From Octopus vulgaris (taxonomy: Eukaryota): a stretch of 64,000 bases of DNA. The stretch lies in the NCBI GenBank assembly GCA_951406725.2, contig OX597821.1:9920001-9984000 (forward strand). Reading direction: 5' to 3'. Position 1 is the first letter of the stretch, and each line of letters begins with the position of its first letter. A program made the position numbers and the translations under genes. Shown in pieces: positions 26,446-41,085 of the stretch. The notes beneath the pieces are model-generated. The model had not been told where the DNA came from. It ran no database searches and saw nothing but the letters and a program-made list of their open reading frames with translations.

Positions 26446-26512
26446 TGCGCTGAATTGTCTCTACGTTGAATTGTCGGCACTGAATTGCCAGGTACTGAAT
26501 TGTCGGTACTCC
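26446..26512. repeat. Four tandem ~15-bp units with core (c/t)tgaattg(t/c)c
   Basis: gcgctgaattgtc, acgttgaattgtc, gcactgaattgcc, gtactgaattgtc; resembles DNA-transposon subterminal repeats. Confidence 0.7.
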
Positions 26513-27269
26513 CCAGAAAGGATGTGCAGTTTTTCAGCCAGGTAGATCACTTGCATGGCTTTTGTCCATCTATATCTGGTGCGTATTCCTCCACTTTTCT
26601 ATACTCGAGTGTATGTAGTGTGCAGTTGGTATTCCGATCCCATACATTTCTACCCAATTTAGTGGGATTGTTTTTATCAGTCTGTTTGAAAGAACCCTGG
26701 TGGTTTGCATAATGGCTTCCAATGAACTCGTGTAATTTTTCTTATCGTTTAAGTTATCTTGCAGTACCGCTGTGACTTTGGCACAATAAATGACTGTGTT
26801 TAGCAAACACGTCCGATCGATCAAGAAAAATTCAATGTCAAGTGAGTTACATGGTAAATTGTTATCTTAAAAGCATGAAACTATTAGTAAAATTCTACAA
26901 AAATCTTCCAACAAATATTTACTTTTTACTACTCAAGTATTCGTTCGTTTGCATTTTATTTTCGGCTTTATCTAATATGCCTCTTTTATATCTATAACGA
27001 TGAATTTTGGATTCCTTCTTCCAATAGTCACGAGAATCAGGTAGATGTGTAGATTTCAATTAGAAGTTGAAATTATACCTAGATTTGAACTCCTAATTTC
27101 TCGAGTGCAACTTTACAATGACAATTTATTGTATAAAACGGTTCGTTACATAGAAGCCCATTTTCCAGCAATGCTACCTGTTCTGTTAGAATGTAATGCT
27201 TTTATGACATAGTACGAATGTTCAAATGTTATTCTCTTAAGTTTCGTTCCAGGCAAAAAAGTTTAGAAG

Positions 27270-27450
27270 CAGGTGGCTGGTCGATAACATTTGACCTAGT
27301 GTGCAACTGCTACTTATTCTAACAGCATCGAAATGGATGAAGGCCAAGTCGATCTTAGTGTCATTTGAACTCAAAGTGCAAAAGAACTATCAGAAACCTC
27401 GCTAATCGTTTTGTTCGTCCTGCAAATGATTTTCCTAGATCACCGCCTTA
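27270..27450 (-). mobile_element. SINE family B copy (diverged)
   Basis: ggatgaaggccaagtcgatcttagtgtcatttgaactc...caccgcctta. Confidence 0.7.
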
Positions 27451-28286
27451 GGCGGCTTAAAAGCAATAGTGCATTATCTTAAACAACAAGTGAATGCTCT
27501 CAGCTTAATATTCATTGTATACAAAAACATGTCCCTGATTGTTCTGAAATATTCTTCAACTTGTAAATTGTAAAAGAATTCATACATTCCAATGCTTAAA
27601 GGAAAATATATAAACAAAAATCTCTGTATGAAATGGAACATTTATGAAAGAAAGTAAATATTTCGTATTCAAAATGGAACAATATATTTTAACATGATAT
27701 TCTTTGTATATATCTATGGTAGGCTTTATCCTTGAGGCCTAGGATAATCACGTTTATTTTACGATAAATTAAATTCGGGGATATATAGACCCATGTGTCC
27801 TGAACACATTTGTAAGCGGCGGTGTGTATTGTGTGTGATTTAGTTGTTCTGTCTAAATGTAAAATGAAAGTGCAGAGACTTCAGTCGTTTGCCAATTTCT
27901 CGATACACCATGAAAATTGTGGATTAAACACTATTTGATATATTTTTGCATGCCAGGTTTAAAGTAAACACGTAGCGGATCTATCTGGAATAAGACGAAC
28001 AGATCAATAATATCGTTGAAATAATACTATTTCACGTCCATGTAAAATAATACTTGATGAAACAGAATCGATATTTCTTCAAAAATATTGTTGGAATTGC
28101 AGAAATGTCTTCGACACAAATCTTAATATGTTTTCAAATTTTAGATCTTATAGATATTTTGTTATTTTTCAGAAATTCTTTGTTTAGATATGCTTTAAGA
28201 TTTCGTACTTGTATCTTAGACATGAAAATGTTACAGTACATATGTTTGGAAATATACGCTTCTGTGTGTATCTGTATGCGTGTGTG

Positions 28287-28349
<63 letters not shown>

Positions 28350-28366
28350 GATAGATAGATATGAAA

Positions 28367-28429
<63 letters not shown>

Positions 28430-28586
28430 GAGTTGACAAACGAATGAAAAACGCACTGGACGCATTTATTAGAATTTAAACATTGTATATATTATTATTT
28501 ATATTTGATTGATTCGGCTTCATGTGGCTGAAAGCTTTGTAGACTTCTTACAGAAACGTAGATGGCTCGGCTAAGAAACCGGTCAA

Positions 28587-28639
28587 GTGTTCCGATGAGC
28601 TAGGCTTCTGTCAGACTTAAACGAAACTTTAAGTCGCAT
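28587..28639 (+). ncRNA. Degenerate type I hammerhead-like motif
   Basis: CCGAUGAG at 28592-28599, CGAAAC at 28622-28627, stem III ACU/AGU, GUC at 28633-28635. Stem I is weak (gtgt/gcat with a bulge) and stem II is imperfect. Confidence 0.4.
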
Positions 28640-29204
28640 GAGGTCGAAGGAAATTGTTTTAAATAATTACGGTAATGCCTTAATTATACAGAATAGAATG
28701 TATATACCTACTATGTCGGTGAATTGAACGGTATTAGTAGATGCCGTGGTAATATCGAATATATCTTGCATGTCCACTTTCCCGGAATACTTTAAATAGA
28801 ATTAATTTTTCTAGTCGTTAGAACATCTTCTTCCTCTTTGCACAGATTTGAGTTTTTCATGGTCATTCATTGTGACTTGTGCCAGGTGATGTGGTAAATG
28901 GAAGCATAATGGAAATATCTAATTGATTGGATTCGTCTTTCGATTGCTAATATTGGTGAGTCAATAAAATACTTCGTAAAGACTAAACCATAAATCATGT
29001 TTCATAATATTCTTTAATGTAGGTGTGCACTTATCAGGGATGTTCTCATCAATATTGCCTAAATTCAATGCTGGAGTTCTTTCAGTTTAGTATGATGGAT
29101 TTTAGTCAGACAAATTTTAGACCTATCTTCTCAATTTGATTTTCTACTACCTTTTAGCCTGCAAGTTCAAATTAATTCGGTCATTCTTACATGATATGAT
29201 ATGA

Positions 29205-29252
<48 letters not shown>

Positions 29253-29270
29253 TACAGTATATGTATTATA

Positions 29271-29323
<53 letters not shown>

Positions 29324-29400
29324 ATGTATGTGTATATACATATATATATATATGTATATATATATATATGTATATATATATATAAATATATATATATATG

Positions 29401-29447
<47 letters not shown>

Positions 29448-30306
29448 ATGTATATGTATATACACATGCAGCTGCATATTATAAATTATGTGATATACAG
29501 ACACATATATACCTATATACATTTGCCATTTTATCTCTCTACTGTCGTCTACAAAGTTGAATTACTGTTGATTGAGTATGAGTAGACCAATATAAAACCA
29601 CTTCGTTTCAGTAAAAGAATCTTTTACCAAAGTAAAATAAAGCCATGGGTTTGTTATATAGTTATTCATGCTTGACAAAGTTTGTAATAACCCAACCAGA
29701 CACTCCGTTTTGAGCTACCGATTATATTGATTGTATGTACAATTTTCTATAGATAATTTGGCTATTTAGTAACGTTAAACAAGACGTGAATGGAGAAAGA
29801 TTTTTACGTAAACACTAGCTGAGATTATATGTTTTAGAAATCAGTATTAATATATGCAAATAATGTTTCGTAATTTTTTTTCTGGAATTTAGAAAAAATA
29901 ATTTAGTCTTTCACAATTCAGCTCTCTTGATGGGGAGATTTTCGAGAATGATGACGAAATTAGTAATGTCCTCTCGCTTTATATCGTATTACACCTTTTA
30001 CTACAATGTATGTGAGGCCAAACCCTCAGTTTCCTGCGGTTGATAAAGCAAGATAATATATCATTCACGTATGAGGGCCGATTAAAGAGACTTGACTTTC
30101 CACCAATTATTGTGGTTGCCTACTAATATAAAGAACCTCAATATTTTTCTCAATTTCACAAGCCACTTACCAGTTACATTTGAAAAAAGATTCTCGCTGT
30201 ATATACGTATAGATATGCATGTGTGTGTGTGTGTGTGTGTTTGTGTATGTTTCTGTGTGTCTACTCGCGCTTATGTGTGTGTGGTTATGTAAATATGTGT
30301 GTGTTT

Positions 30307-30510
30307 AAGGCGGCGAGATAGCAGGATGGTTAGCACGCCGGGAAAAAATGCTTAGTGGCATTTTGTCCGTCGTTACGTCCAAACTCATCTGAGTTCGACT
30401 TTATCATTCATCCTTTCCGGGTCGATAAAATAAAGTACCAGTTATATACTGTGGTCGATGTAATCGACTTAGTCCTTCCCCGACGTTGCTTCCTTTCTGC
30501 CAAAATTTGA
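30307..30510 (+). mobile_element. SINE family B copy
   Basis: aaggcggcgagatagcagg...catcctttccgggtcgataaaataaagtaccag...gtcgatgtaatcgact. Confidence 0.85.
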
Positions 30511-31179
30511 AGCCGATACTTGTGTGTGCAGGTATGTTTGTGTCTGCGCATGTGCGTGTGTATGTGTGTGTAAATGAAAAGTCTGCCGTTGCAAATAGAT
30601 TGTAAGAGCAATTAATTCATCAGATATTTGTCACGGAGAACAATGTTTTTTACTATGCTATTCGAAGTGGGTTTTTTTTTTACCAGCTGAGTGGGATAAT
30701 AGTCTAGCTTTAAGTAAGCGTAGTATGTTATATTTATTTTATTTGAAATCGTAAAAAAATGGAGATTTTTATTTTATTTTTCAGTTATTATAAAGAAAAT
30801 GTACAAATTGGCGCCGGCATTTCTGTGAACGAATTATTCAAATATTTGCTTAGAACTAAATTTAATCTCAAATCTAAGCAATTGTACTAAAGCTATCCGT
30901 TTAATCAATCGTAATGTGTTGTAAAGTACTGCTGAATGGCAATATTATCTTAGAAGAGTTCAAGGTTAAATAATATGATGTGTGTACATTTTTTAGCAAA
31001 TCTCTTACAAAGAAAATGAATATTCAAATTTAAGCCTGGTCATCGATCATGTTGTTGTTGTTTAGATCAGATCTGAGCGTTTATACATATGATCGAATTA
31101 GATTCTGTCTTGAATATACCGTTTCATTTTTAATGTTTGTTTGTGTGAGTATGTATGTATCGATATATATGTATGTATA

Positions 31180-31492
31180 TCACCGTGATCACCGTGACCG
31201 GCCAGGCTATCAGATGTTGCTACACATCACTGGTTACAATGCGCTTCGAATTGTTTTAGCCTTCAAATGACGCCACTCCGCTGGTTAAGCGAGCAGGCCA
31301 ACATAGAGACGACTGAGAGAAGGTTATGACGAAAGAGTACTGCAGGGATCGCCACCAGGCCCTGCTGGAGCCTCGGGGAGCTTTTAGGTGTTTTCGCTCA
31401 ATAAACACTCACAACGCCCGGTCTGGGAATCGAAACTGCGATCCTACGACCGCGTGTCCGCTGCCCTAACCACTGGGCCATTGCGCCTCCAC
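31180..31492 (-). mobile_element. SINE A2, full length
   Basis: Reverse complement of 10700-11010, in TA/TG repeats. Confidence 0.92.
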
Positions 31493-31495
31493 ATG

Positions 31496-31549
<54 letters not shown>

Positions 31550-31602
31550 TGTGTGTTTGTATATATATATATGCATGCATGTATGTATATACATATATAT
31601 AT

Positions 31603-31672
<70 letters not shown>

Positions 31673-32156
31673 CATACACAGACGCACGCACAGCGTATAT
31701 ATAGATATATCATTATAATTAAGGGTATCTAAAAGATACCGCTATGCTTGAGATAGGACTCAAAACTTAACTCAAAAACCCATTCAAATATTCATACAGC
31801 ACCACGAGAAAACACAAATAGACTAATAAACTAGGAAAAAAAATATTGGATAATCCCAGATCTAGATTTGGTTTTGTATTAAAATATACTCTGCCTCTTC
31901 AGTGGGATGTACACAGATTGTACATAATTACACACAAACACACACACATATATATATATACACATACAACATATGAATACTTACATGTACGCACGTAAAA
32001 ACACATATTTATATGTATATATGCACACGACCGGTTTAATTGCCTGTCTAAACTGAAGGTGGTATATGGTCAAAATACCACCGCAGTGAATATAACGACG
32101 ATGTAAATATATAAATTTATATTCCCATGCCCACTTGATATGATCGGTATTTTATG

Positions 32157-32252
<96 letters not shown>

Positions 32253-32322
32253 GTGACCTCGTGAGCACCGTCAGCAATTTTTTTCCTCTGTCTTCCCTTC
32301 TCGGGATCTTTCCTTCTCCTTA

Positions 32323-32357
32323 GTTTCCGATGAAGAGCTCCGCTCGAAACGTTAAAC
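32323..32357 (+). ncRNA. Minimal type I hammerhead motif (U4C variant, palindromic ACGU stem III)
   Basis: GUUU-CCGAUGA-A-GAGC ucc GCUC-GAAA-CG-UU-AAAC; stems I and II pair perfectly. Confidence 0.65.
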
Positions 32358-32590
32358 CCTCCTCCTTCCCTTCTTTCCTGAGCGTCCAATAATACTTTAT
32401 TTGTTCCACGTCCTCGCGTTGCTGTGTTTTTTTTTTGTGTTTTCACGTTTGGATTAACTATACATATATATATATATATGTATACTCTGTGTGTGTGTGC
32501 GTGTGTGTATGTATGTACATGTGACCTCGTGTGTACCGTTGGCGATTTTTTTCCTCTGTCTTCCCTTCTCTGGATCTTTCCTTCTCCTTT

Positions 32591-32625
32591 GTTTCCGACG
32601 AAGAGCTGCATCCGAAACGTTAAAC
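32591..32625 (+). ncRNA. Second minimal hammerhead motif, stem II damaged
   Basis: GUUU-CCGACGA-A-GAGC ugc AUCC-GAAA-CG-UU-AAAC. Confidence 0.5.
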
Positions 32626-32723
32626 CCTCCTTCTTCCATTCTTTCCTGAGCGTCCAATAATACTATATTTGTTTCACGTCCTCACGTTGTTGTGTTTTTT
32701 AGTGTTTTCTTGTTTGAATTAAC

Positions 32724-32755
<32 letters not shown>

Positions 32756-32801
32756 TACTGTGAAGGCGCGTGTGTATGTTTGTATGTACATATATGTATA
32801 T

Positions 32802-33614
32802 AAAATTAGTGTACGTTTAAACACAAAAGAGGCAACCCGTAACAGGTTTCCTTACACGCTACAAGGAGCAGTCAAAACGACGACAACCTCATTTAAGGGC
32901 AATTTCGAAGGGAATGAAAAATAAAAACTTTTAACATTTTTTTCTACAGTCATACCTAGAGGTCAAACTCTAATTAGCAAATAAAGTAATTTACTAGGCG
33001 GAGTTCTTATCAGGGGCTACGTCAAAACATTAACATATAATCAGACAGAATAACACGTGACTCCACATTATTTATTATAATGCGCTTTTGATCGGCAGGA
33101 AATGAAAAAAATGCCGAATTAATCTTCAGCAGTTGTTAAAATCATATGCGTAAACTATAGGGTAGCGAAGTTTTAGAACATTCACTACCAGTGGCCTAGC
33201 ATGTTTAAAAAGTCAATAGACAACATATACTCCATACAAAATTAGTGTAAATCTAAACACAAGAAAGGCGACCCTTGCACGGTGAATTTGAAATATTATA
33301 ATATATAATGATGAGACACGTGTTATTCTGTCTCTAGATTATATGATAATGATTTGGCGTAGCCATTGATGAGAACCCTGCCTAGGAAATTATTTTATTT
33401 GCTAATTAGATTTTGAACCCTATGTTTGGCTGTCAAAAAAAAAACAAGGTAAAAGTCTTTAATTTTCATTACTTCGAAATTGCCCTTAAATGTGTTTTTT
33501 GTCGTTTTGGACTGCTCCTTCTAGCGTGTAAGGCTGTATGTTATGGGTCGCTTCTTTTGTGTTTAAATGTACACTAATTTATGTTATATGGAGAACATGT
33601 CTATTGACTTTTTT
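32802..33614. repeat. Long imperfect inverted repeat (foldback/MITE-like)
   Basis: 32802-33081 is the reverse complement of 33295-33580 (for example ccttacacgctacaaggagcagtcaaaacgac vs gtcgttttggactgctccttctagcgtgtaagg). 33207-33275 is an extra inverted copy of 33545-33614. Confidence 0.9.
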
Positions 33615-35743
33615 TATATATATGGTATGGCATTATGATGTGTACCCATATTTCGGAAATATAGCACTTTTACAAAAATATCTACCTTCTATTTGCAGTA
33701 TATCTAGTCACCATGTAGAGGTACTGTCACCAATTTTATTGTAATTTTTAAAATTAGATTTATTTCAAGCTTTCAACATATGCATGTAGATTAATTTCAA
33801 CATTATGAGAACAATTTATGACTTTGTTAAATATAAATATACTGGGTTGCTTTTCATATACTCGAGACACCCCCAAAATTGTCTTCAGCATGTTCTAAAT
33901 GTGAAATGCTATAAATTCGAAAATTAGTAGGATTCTCAGGTGCCTAAATTTTTAAGATTTTAAGGTTAAAAAGAGACAACGCCAATATATATATATATTC
34001 ACACTTAAAAATATATTTCACCTTTACACTTATGTAGTACTACGGAATAATACTAAGAACTGTATATAATTATATCATGCTTATATTAGCCAAAGTTGCC
34101 ATTCTCTTCTCTTTAGTTTGTGTGACGAATGGGACAATGTTCAATACATGATTATAATACATAGATCGGATATCACAGAAAATTGTGAGTGGAAATTTAT
34201 GGTTTTAAGTATAACTATAAATTTTGAACAGTAGCACCTTCAATAAACTTTGACGTAGTTTATTTGCCATATTTGGTCTATATAATCACCAAACCCTCCA
34301 TATTGGAATATCTGGTAACACATTCATATCTTCACCTATAGATTTTATTGTTCTTATTTTTAATCGAACACTGAAATACATGAATACAGAACCTAATCAT
34401 CAATATCTTAAATCAAGGGTAGAATCCACTGTGTAACTGTCATAAAATTCAAGGAAATAAACCAGCCATTCCTGATGGAGGGAGATTGCTAAATCTGATC
34501 TGGCCAATTGCCAAATCTATTCCATACGCAAAAGCTATTTGGCTAGATTCCACGTTTACAAAATACAAGTGAATTTAACAAAAGCGTAACCAGTACGATC
34601 TGCAAATCGACACCATATTTCTTGCGAAATTGATTCATGTGTTATTTTAAAAGTACTTACACACACGGGGACATTTTCGGACAGCTCTATGAATTTCTAT
34701 ACTATTTAAATATATGTGTAACTTATTCTTTTCTCAACTAACATACAAATATCTTTACTGAAAGCGATCTTATGTCTCGTTTCATTATTTCCAACACTAT
34801 TCCACCGCGGCACACTGTTAATAACATGTCTTCATTCAAATCACTCTTATGCAAGTAGCTTTTTATTTTATGCCTTGTAAAGAATAAGTAGTTTTGTAGA
34901 AGCTATCAGGCTGAGAGGAAATAACAGAAGCAAATAAAATATACAGTATCGTTCGAACATGTTGTGCTGCTTGAAGGTTGTAGAACATCACCGACATAAA
35001 CATCCAAGTCCTGACAGCCGACATTCCGTGTAAAATCTGATTTTAAAATATATTATACAAGGCGGCGTCTTAAACGAAATGGACGTTAGAATAAGGTGCA
35101 GAGAAGTAATTTTCTGTGACATATACTCTGATGCACATACGAAAATAAGAAATATCTGAACTGAAATACATCATTTAGTGACCTTTCAAATTTCGCATAA
35201 CATTATTTCCGTATCTTTTTCTTTATACCATTATTGCTCTAACCGTAAAGCTATGATATGAAGTAACTACGATGAGATTTTGATGGCCGTTTTTCATGCT
35301 AGAAGATAATAAGGGAAACTGGCTAGCCATAAAATAGCAACGTTGAGCAATACTTCAAACTACAGTGCCTTTTTTTTTTCTACTTGCGCTTCGTAGTTTA
35401 AAGCAAATATAATGTTTTACGATTTGATTATCCTTGGGTAATCTGGTTTTATTTACTTTATGTCATAATAAAAGGCGTGAACGATAACGGCTGGAATATA
35501 TTTCATCATGTTTACTTGTTCAGGTTTGTCATGAAGCTAAATATTCACGTGTATGTTTGGCGGGGAAATATAGTGCGACAGTGGTGTGCAACACCATCTC
35601 TGTTAAAACTTTACTGAAGAAAGGTATCATTGTGTTACACGTTGCTTAACAAGAGCTAAAAACGTTAATCGCCAAGCTGCATGTCTGTCTGACTACCTAT
35701 CTGTACGTATGTATATAGATATGTATGGGTGTATGTATGTATG

Positions 35744-36632
35744 TCATTATCCAGTTTATTTCAAGATTTCTTGCCAACGAAGAAAAAATGGTTTCTATCC
35801 TAGATACAAGGCTAACTTCACTGGAATTTCAACATCAACAACAGAGAATGTTTGTATGTATGATGTCCAGATATGTATATTTTAGGTATGTATTCTCATG
35901 CATATAGTTACATATCTAGACTTGCTCATATATATTTAAATGATAAACTTCTGGAAAATTTTACAGACTTTTACAGTTCCATTGATGAACTGGATCTTTA
36001 GTCTTCGAATTAACTTTGACCTTTCTGGTCTTGAGAAGCCTACTTTCTCAAATTTGGCATTTAGGCAGGGTGTCACTTATCCCAGGGCCCCAACAATTAG
36101 ATTCATAAACATGAACTTGTACTCTGAATAGAGTAACTGCACCTTTCTCTATAGTTCAGCATAGGTGTTCTCATTCGCACTATCTTCAGCTTTATGTTAG
36201 GGTCCGTTGGGCAGCTAATTTCCACAACTGTACACATTTTCCCTTCTGCATCCCAGATCATTATATCAGGTCTGTTATGCTTATATTTTATTGAGGTCTT
36301 CACTGGTACCTTCCACCACTATTCCTTTTTGTTATGAGCGTCTATGGCTTCTACCATATTGTGAGTTTTTATCCTTCCGACAGATTCCATAATATAGTGT
36401 CCTAAATGCAACGTCATGTCTCTTCATTAGATAATACCGTGATGACATTTTCGGATAACTGCTTATGATGTGCGGATATCTTCAGAGTGAACTCCACAAA
36501 GTCTCCATCGGTTGTCACATTTTACGTCTTTTCCAGCATCTATATCTCTTTTGTGCATCAAGTAATTGGTTGTTAGTTCCTATTCCTAGATTGCAAATGC
36601 ATACCCTTCAAAGTGGGCGGTACTAATCCGGC
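35744..36632 (-). mobile_element. R4/Dong-like (RLE-type) LINE 3' relic
   Basis: Minus strand: EGYAFAI*E*ELTT, decayed zinc knuckle (C>W)RLCGVHSEDI..HIISS(C>Y)PKMS...RHD, HNRPDIMIWD...VEISCP (PD..D/E nuclease) and IVGALG, then a 3' UTR. Confidence 0.88.
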
Positions 36633-36805
36633 TATAGCGGTATTTCGTCTGTCTTTATGTTCTGAGTTCAAATTCCGCTGCAGTCTACGTTGCCTTTCAT
36701 CGTTTCGGGGTCGATAAATTAAGTACCAGTTGCGTACTACAATCGATCTAATCTACGGACACTCACCCACAAAATTTCGGGCCTTGTCGCTAGAGTAGAA
36801 AAGAA
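36633..36805 (+). mobile_element. SINE family B, 5'-truncated
   Basis: tagcggtatttcgtctgtc...gcctttcatcgtttcggggtcgataaattaagtaccag...tagagtagaaaagaat. Confidence 0.85.
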
Positions 36806-37368
36806 TATAACACTTTAGCGCAGTATTTATCCCTGGGTAACAATAATCGTTTCCTATTTGCTTACCTCTAGAAATTATGAAATGCGATTATCATGTCCTT
36901 CAAACTTGCTTTTATAGCATGTGTTCATACCCCTTTCGAGACAATACTTCTTGATACACCATACATTTCGGCTCACGCCTGACATACGGTTGTGAACGAT
37001 TTCACTTCTCCGAATGTCTGATAGGTCTGTCATTTTAATGTATTTTAATTACCTTTTTGCTGATGACACCTGAAAACAATCAACAATTTTAGCAAAACAT
37101 ATTAAGCAACGCAAATAATAAATCAAAAACATTAAATTAAAGAAGCTTATGACGGTTTTATAGATATTTCTAAATTATTTTATTATGATGTGTCCATTAT
37201 TTTGTCTAAACCCTGTATATAGATACAAATAAATATACATACGTCTTCAGCATATTGTTGAATTTCGTCATTTCTATACAACATAGAATGTTGTTTGTAT
37301 GCATGTATATATCTCTCTATCCATCTATCTTGCCACACACAGAAACACACACACATACATATTTCACG

Positions 37369-38553
<1,185 letters not shown>

Positions 38554-40511
38554 ACACACCACACACGCACGTATGTTTGTATGCCAAATACACTCACAAA
38601 GCTATTACAGTGGCAAATGTCAGAAGAACACTTTTAAATACAATATTTTTTGTTCAGCATACAAATACAAATTAAGAGTATTAGGGAAATGTAACCTATA
38701 TTATTTTCTTTGTTGATGCTTTGCTAGAATTACTGAAGGGAAAAAATAGAGCCATGTCTATATGTTTACAGAAACTATTTTCCTATCCAATTTTGTATAT
38801 CAACGCATACACTACACACAAAAAAATCGATTCTTTCGCATTCAGCAGAATTTTATATGCTGTTCTTTGAAGAATTTTCCGTAACTAGAGGGAAATAATA
38901 TATAAATTCTACGAATAAACCATCACCCGTTTACAAGAGGAACTGTAGCCATGTGATCTACTCATTGGGAGAGCTTCCACATAGGTATTCAAATTGCTAG
39001 ACATAGCAGTCCAAACTTCCTGGGTATACATTTGTTTCATGTGGCCGTGCATACTTAGTTCTTGTTTGAATTTCGTTGCTAAAACATTTTATTATTGTGG
39101 GCCTACTTCATGTTGTCATGACCAGTCGATCGTTCCGTTAAGATAAATTGCATACCCGAATCTTATCGGTTATGAGCACTTCACTGCGTATCGTGAAAGT
39201 TGTACATGCAGTAGTTTCTCTATACTTGAAAGTCGGACCAACACTGATTTATGTTTTGTATTGTTTATTGAAGACGTTAACCCCTGCACCAGCGATTCTA
39301 CAAACAACCTCCAAGACCTATGTACGCAGAGAAGAAATTAACATTAACTATGAGATCCGAGCTAAATGACTACAATAGTGTCTGCTCGAGCTGTTAAACC
39401 AGGTGGCTCGAAATACAACCATTTTGCTCAGGTAAAAATATACTGTATATCATATCCAGTATTTAATTATTTTCTCTAAGAGATTAGTGTGTGATTTCAG
39501 GTTGATGTTGCTACTGATCTACCAGGAGACCCACACTCTACCTCGAGTTCTGATGGCAGACTGTAGCTGAAAAACATTCTTCGTGAAAATGCTGGCTCAA
39601 ACGAAAATGAACAAAGAAAAACAAATAGAAGAAAAAAGATTGCACCACTTAGTATAGCATATGGTTTTGATTTTGATTCATAATTAAGTAACAACAACAT
39701 AAACAACAGCACTAGCGCGGCATAACAGCAATATCAACGTTACGGCAAACACGAAAATAAGGTTTATAAATTAGGCATGGAATTTCAATGCGATAAGTGA
39801 ACGTTTATGATTAGTAATGCTGATGTTGGATGAATTTCCTTAATGATAGGAATGGTAAAATTAATGCGCAGCACTAACTAGGATAGGTATCTCGGTCACT
39901 AAGACTGCTATGAAACATAGAAGAAACAGCAGAGTATAAATTTTATCTAACAACTGACTTGAGGAAATACACCGAGTGAGATCACACAGGAAACAATATT
40001 GACTTCAATACTTGAGTATTTGCACAGTAGTCTCCCGCTGGCAAATGTGGTTTGGAAACATGGAACATTGCTGTAAGAATTTCATTTATTTATTTATCTA
40101 TTGTGCCTTTGCAGCTGGAGGGAAAAAGAGATGCATGGGCACTGGGTTTTCACTCATTTATAGAAGAGTAGACTGGGTCAACTTGAAATGAAGAGCCTTG
40201 CTCAAAGACACAACACTCCGCCCATTCCAGGATGTGAAACATATGATCACGCGCTTATTACAGGACTAGGAGGTCACACAGATAGAGAGAGAGGGCATAG
40301 AGAGATAAGAGAATGGAGAAAGAGAGATAGAGAGAGTAGAAAAGTGATAGAGAAAGAGGAGAGAGCGATAGAAACTGAGGAGAAAGAGGGCGGGGTGAAA
40401 GGAAGGAAGGAGAAAACGAAATAGATAAAGGGAGCGAGATGAACAGATACTGTGTCAACACTCGGTTTGTACTATTTCCATGTGTAGACGAGGGGAATGA
40501 AAATTAGAATG

Positions 40512-40514
40512 TCT

Positions 40515-40587
<73 letters not shown>
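40512..40587. repeat. (ACT)n microsatellite
   Basis: Directly visible. Confidence 0.95.
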
Positions 40588-40671
40588 CCAGGATAGGAGT
40601 CGAACTAACAATTGCATTGCAATGAAGAAAATACACTAACAGCTAACCTTCGAAATTTGAGTACTGTTATA

Positions 40672-41085
40672 TTTATTTCGTAATTGCCCACAGGGAGGCT
40701 AAACACAGAGGGGACAAACAAGGACAAACAAAGGGGATAAGTTGATTACATCGACTCCAGTGCGTAACTGGTACTTATTTAATTGACGCCGAAAGGATGA
40801 ATGGCAAAGTCCACTTCGGCGTAATTTGAACATAGAACGTAACGGCAGATAATGTACCTATTTCGTTATTACCCACAAGGGGCTAAACATAGACAAACAA
40901 GGACAGACAAAAGGATTAAGTCGATTATATCGACCCCAGTGCGTAACTGGTACTTATTTAATCGACCCCGAAAGGATGAAAGGCAAAGTCGACCTCGGCG
41001 GAATTTGAACTCAGAACGTAGCGGCAGACGAAATACCGCTAAGCATTTCGCCCGGAGTGCTAACAATTCTGCCAGCTCACCGCCC
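40672..41085 (-). mobile_element. SINE family B head-to-tail dimer (full copy plus 5'-truncated copy)
   Basis: Full copy 40859-41085 joined to truncated copy 40672-40858. Confidence 0.88.

Larger units (their letters stand above)
32248..32724 (+). mobile_element. Tandem pair of ~210-bp pseudo-LTR/retrozyme-like units, each with a minimal hammerhead
   Basis: Units 32248-32460 and 32516-32724 are clearly homologous (tacatgtgacctcgtg...attaacta), separated and flanked by TA/TG repeats. Confidence 0.8.

Noticed and set aside
26446-26512. CRISPR-like repeat array
   Set aside because: Units are about 15 bp with no real spacers, the context is eukaryotic, and there are no cas genes.
39500-39565. 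Possible terminal exon after tttcag (VDVATDLPGDPHSTSSSDGRL*)
   Set aside because: Weak polypyrimidine tract, no homology I recognise, and no supporting neighbouring exons.
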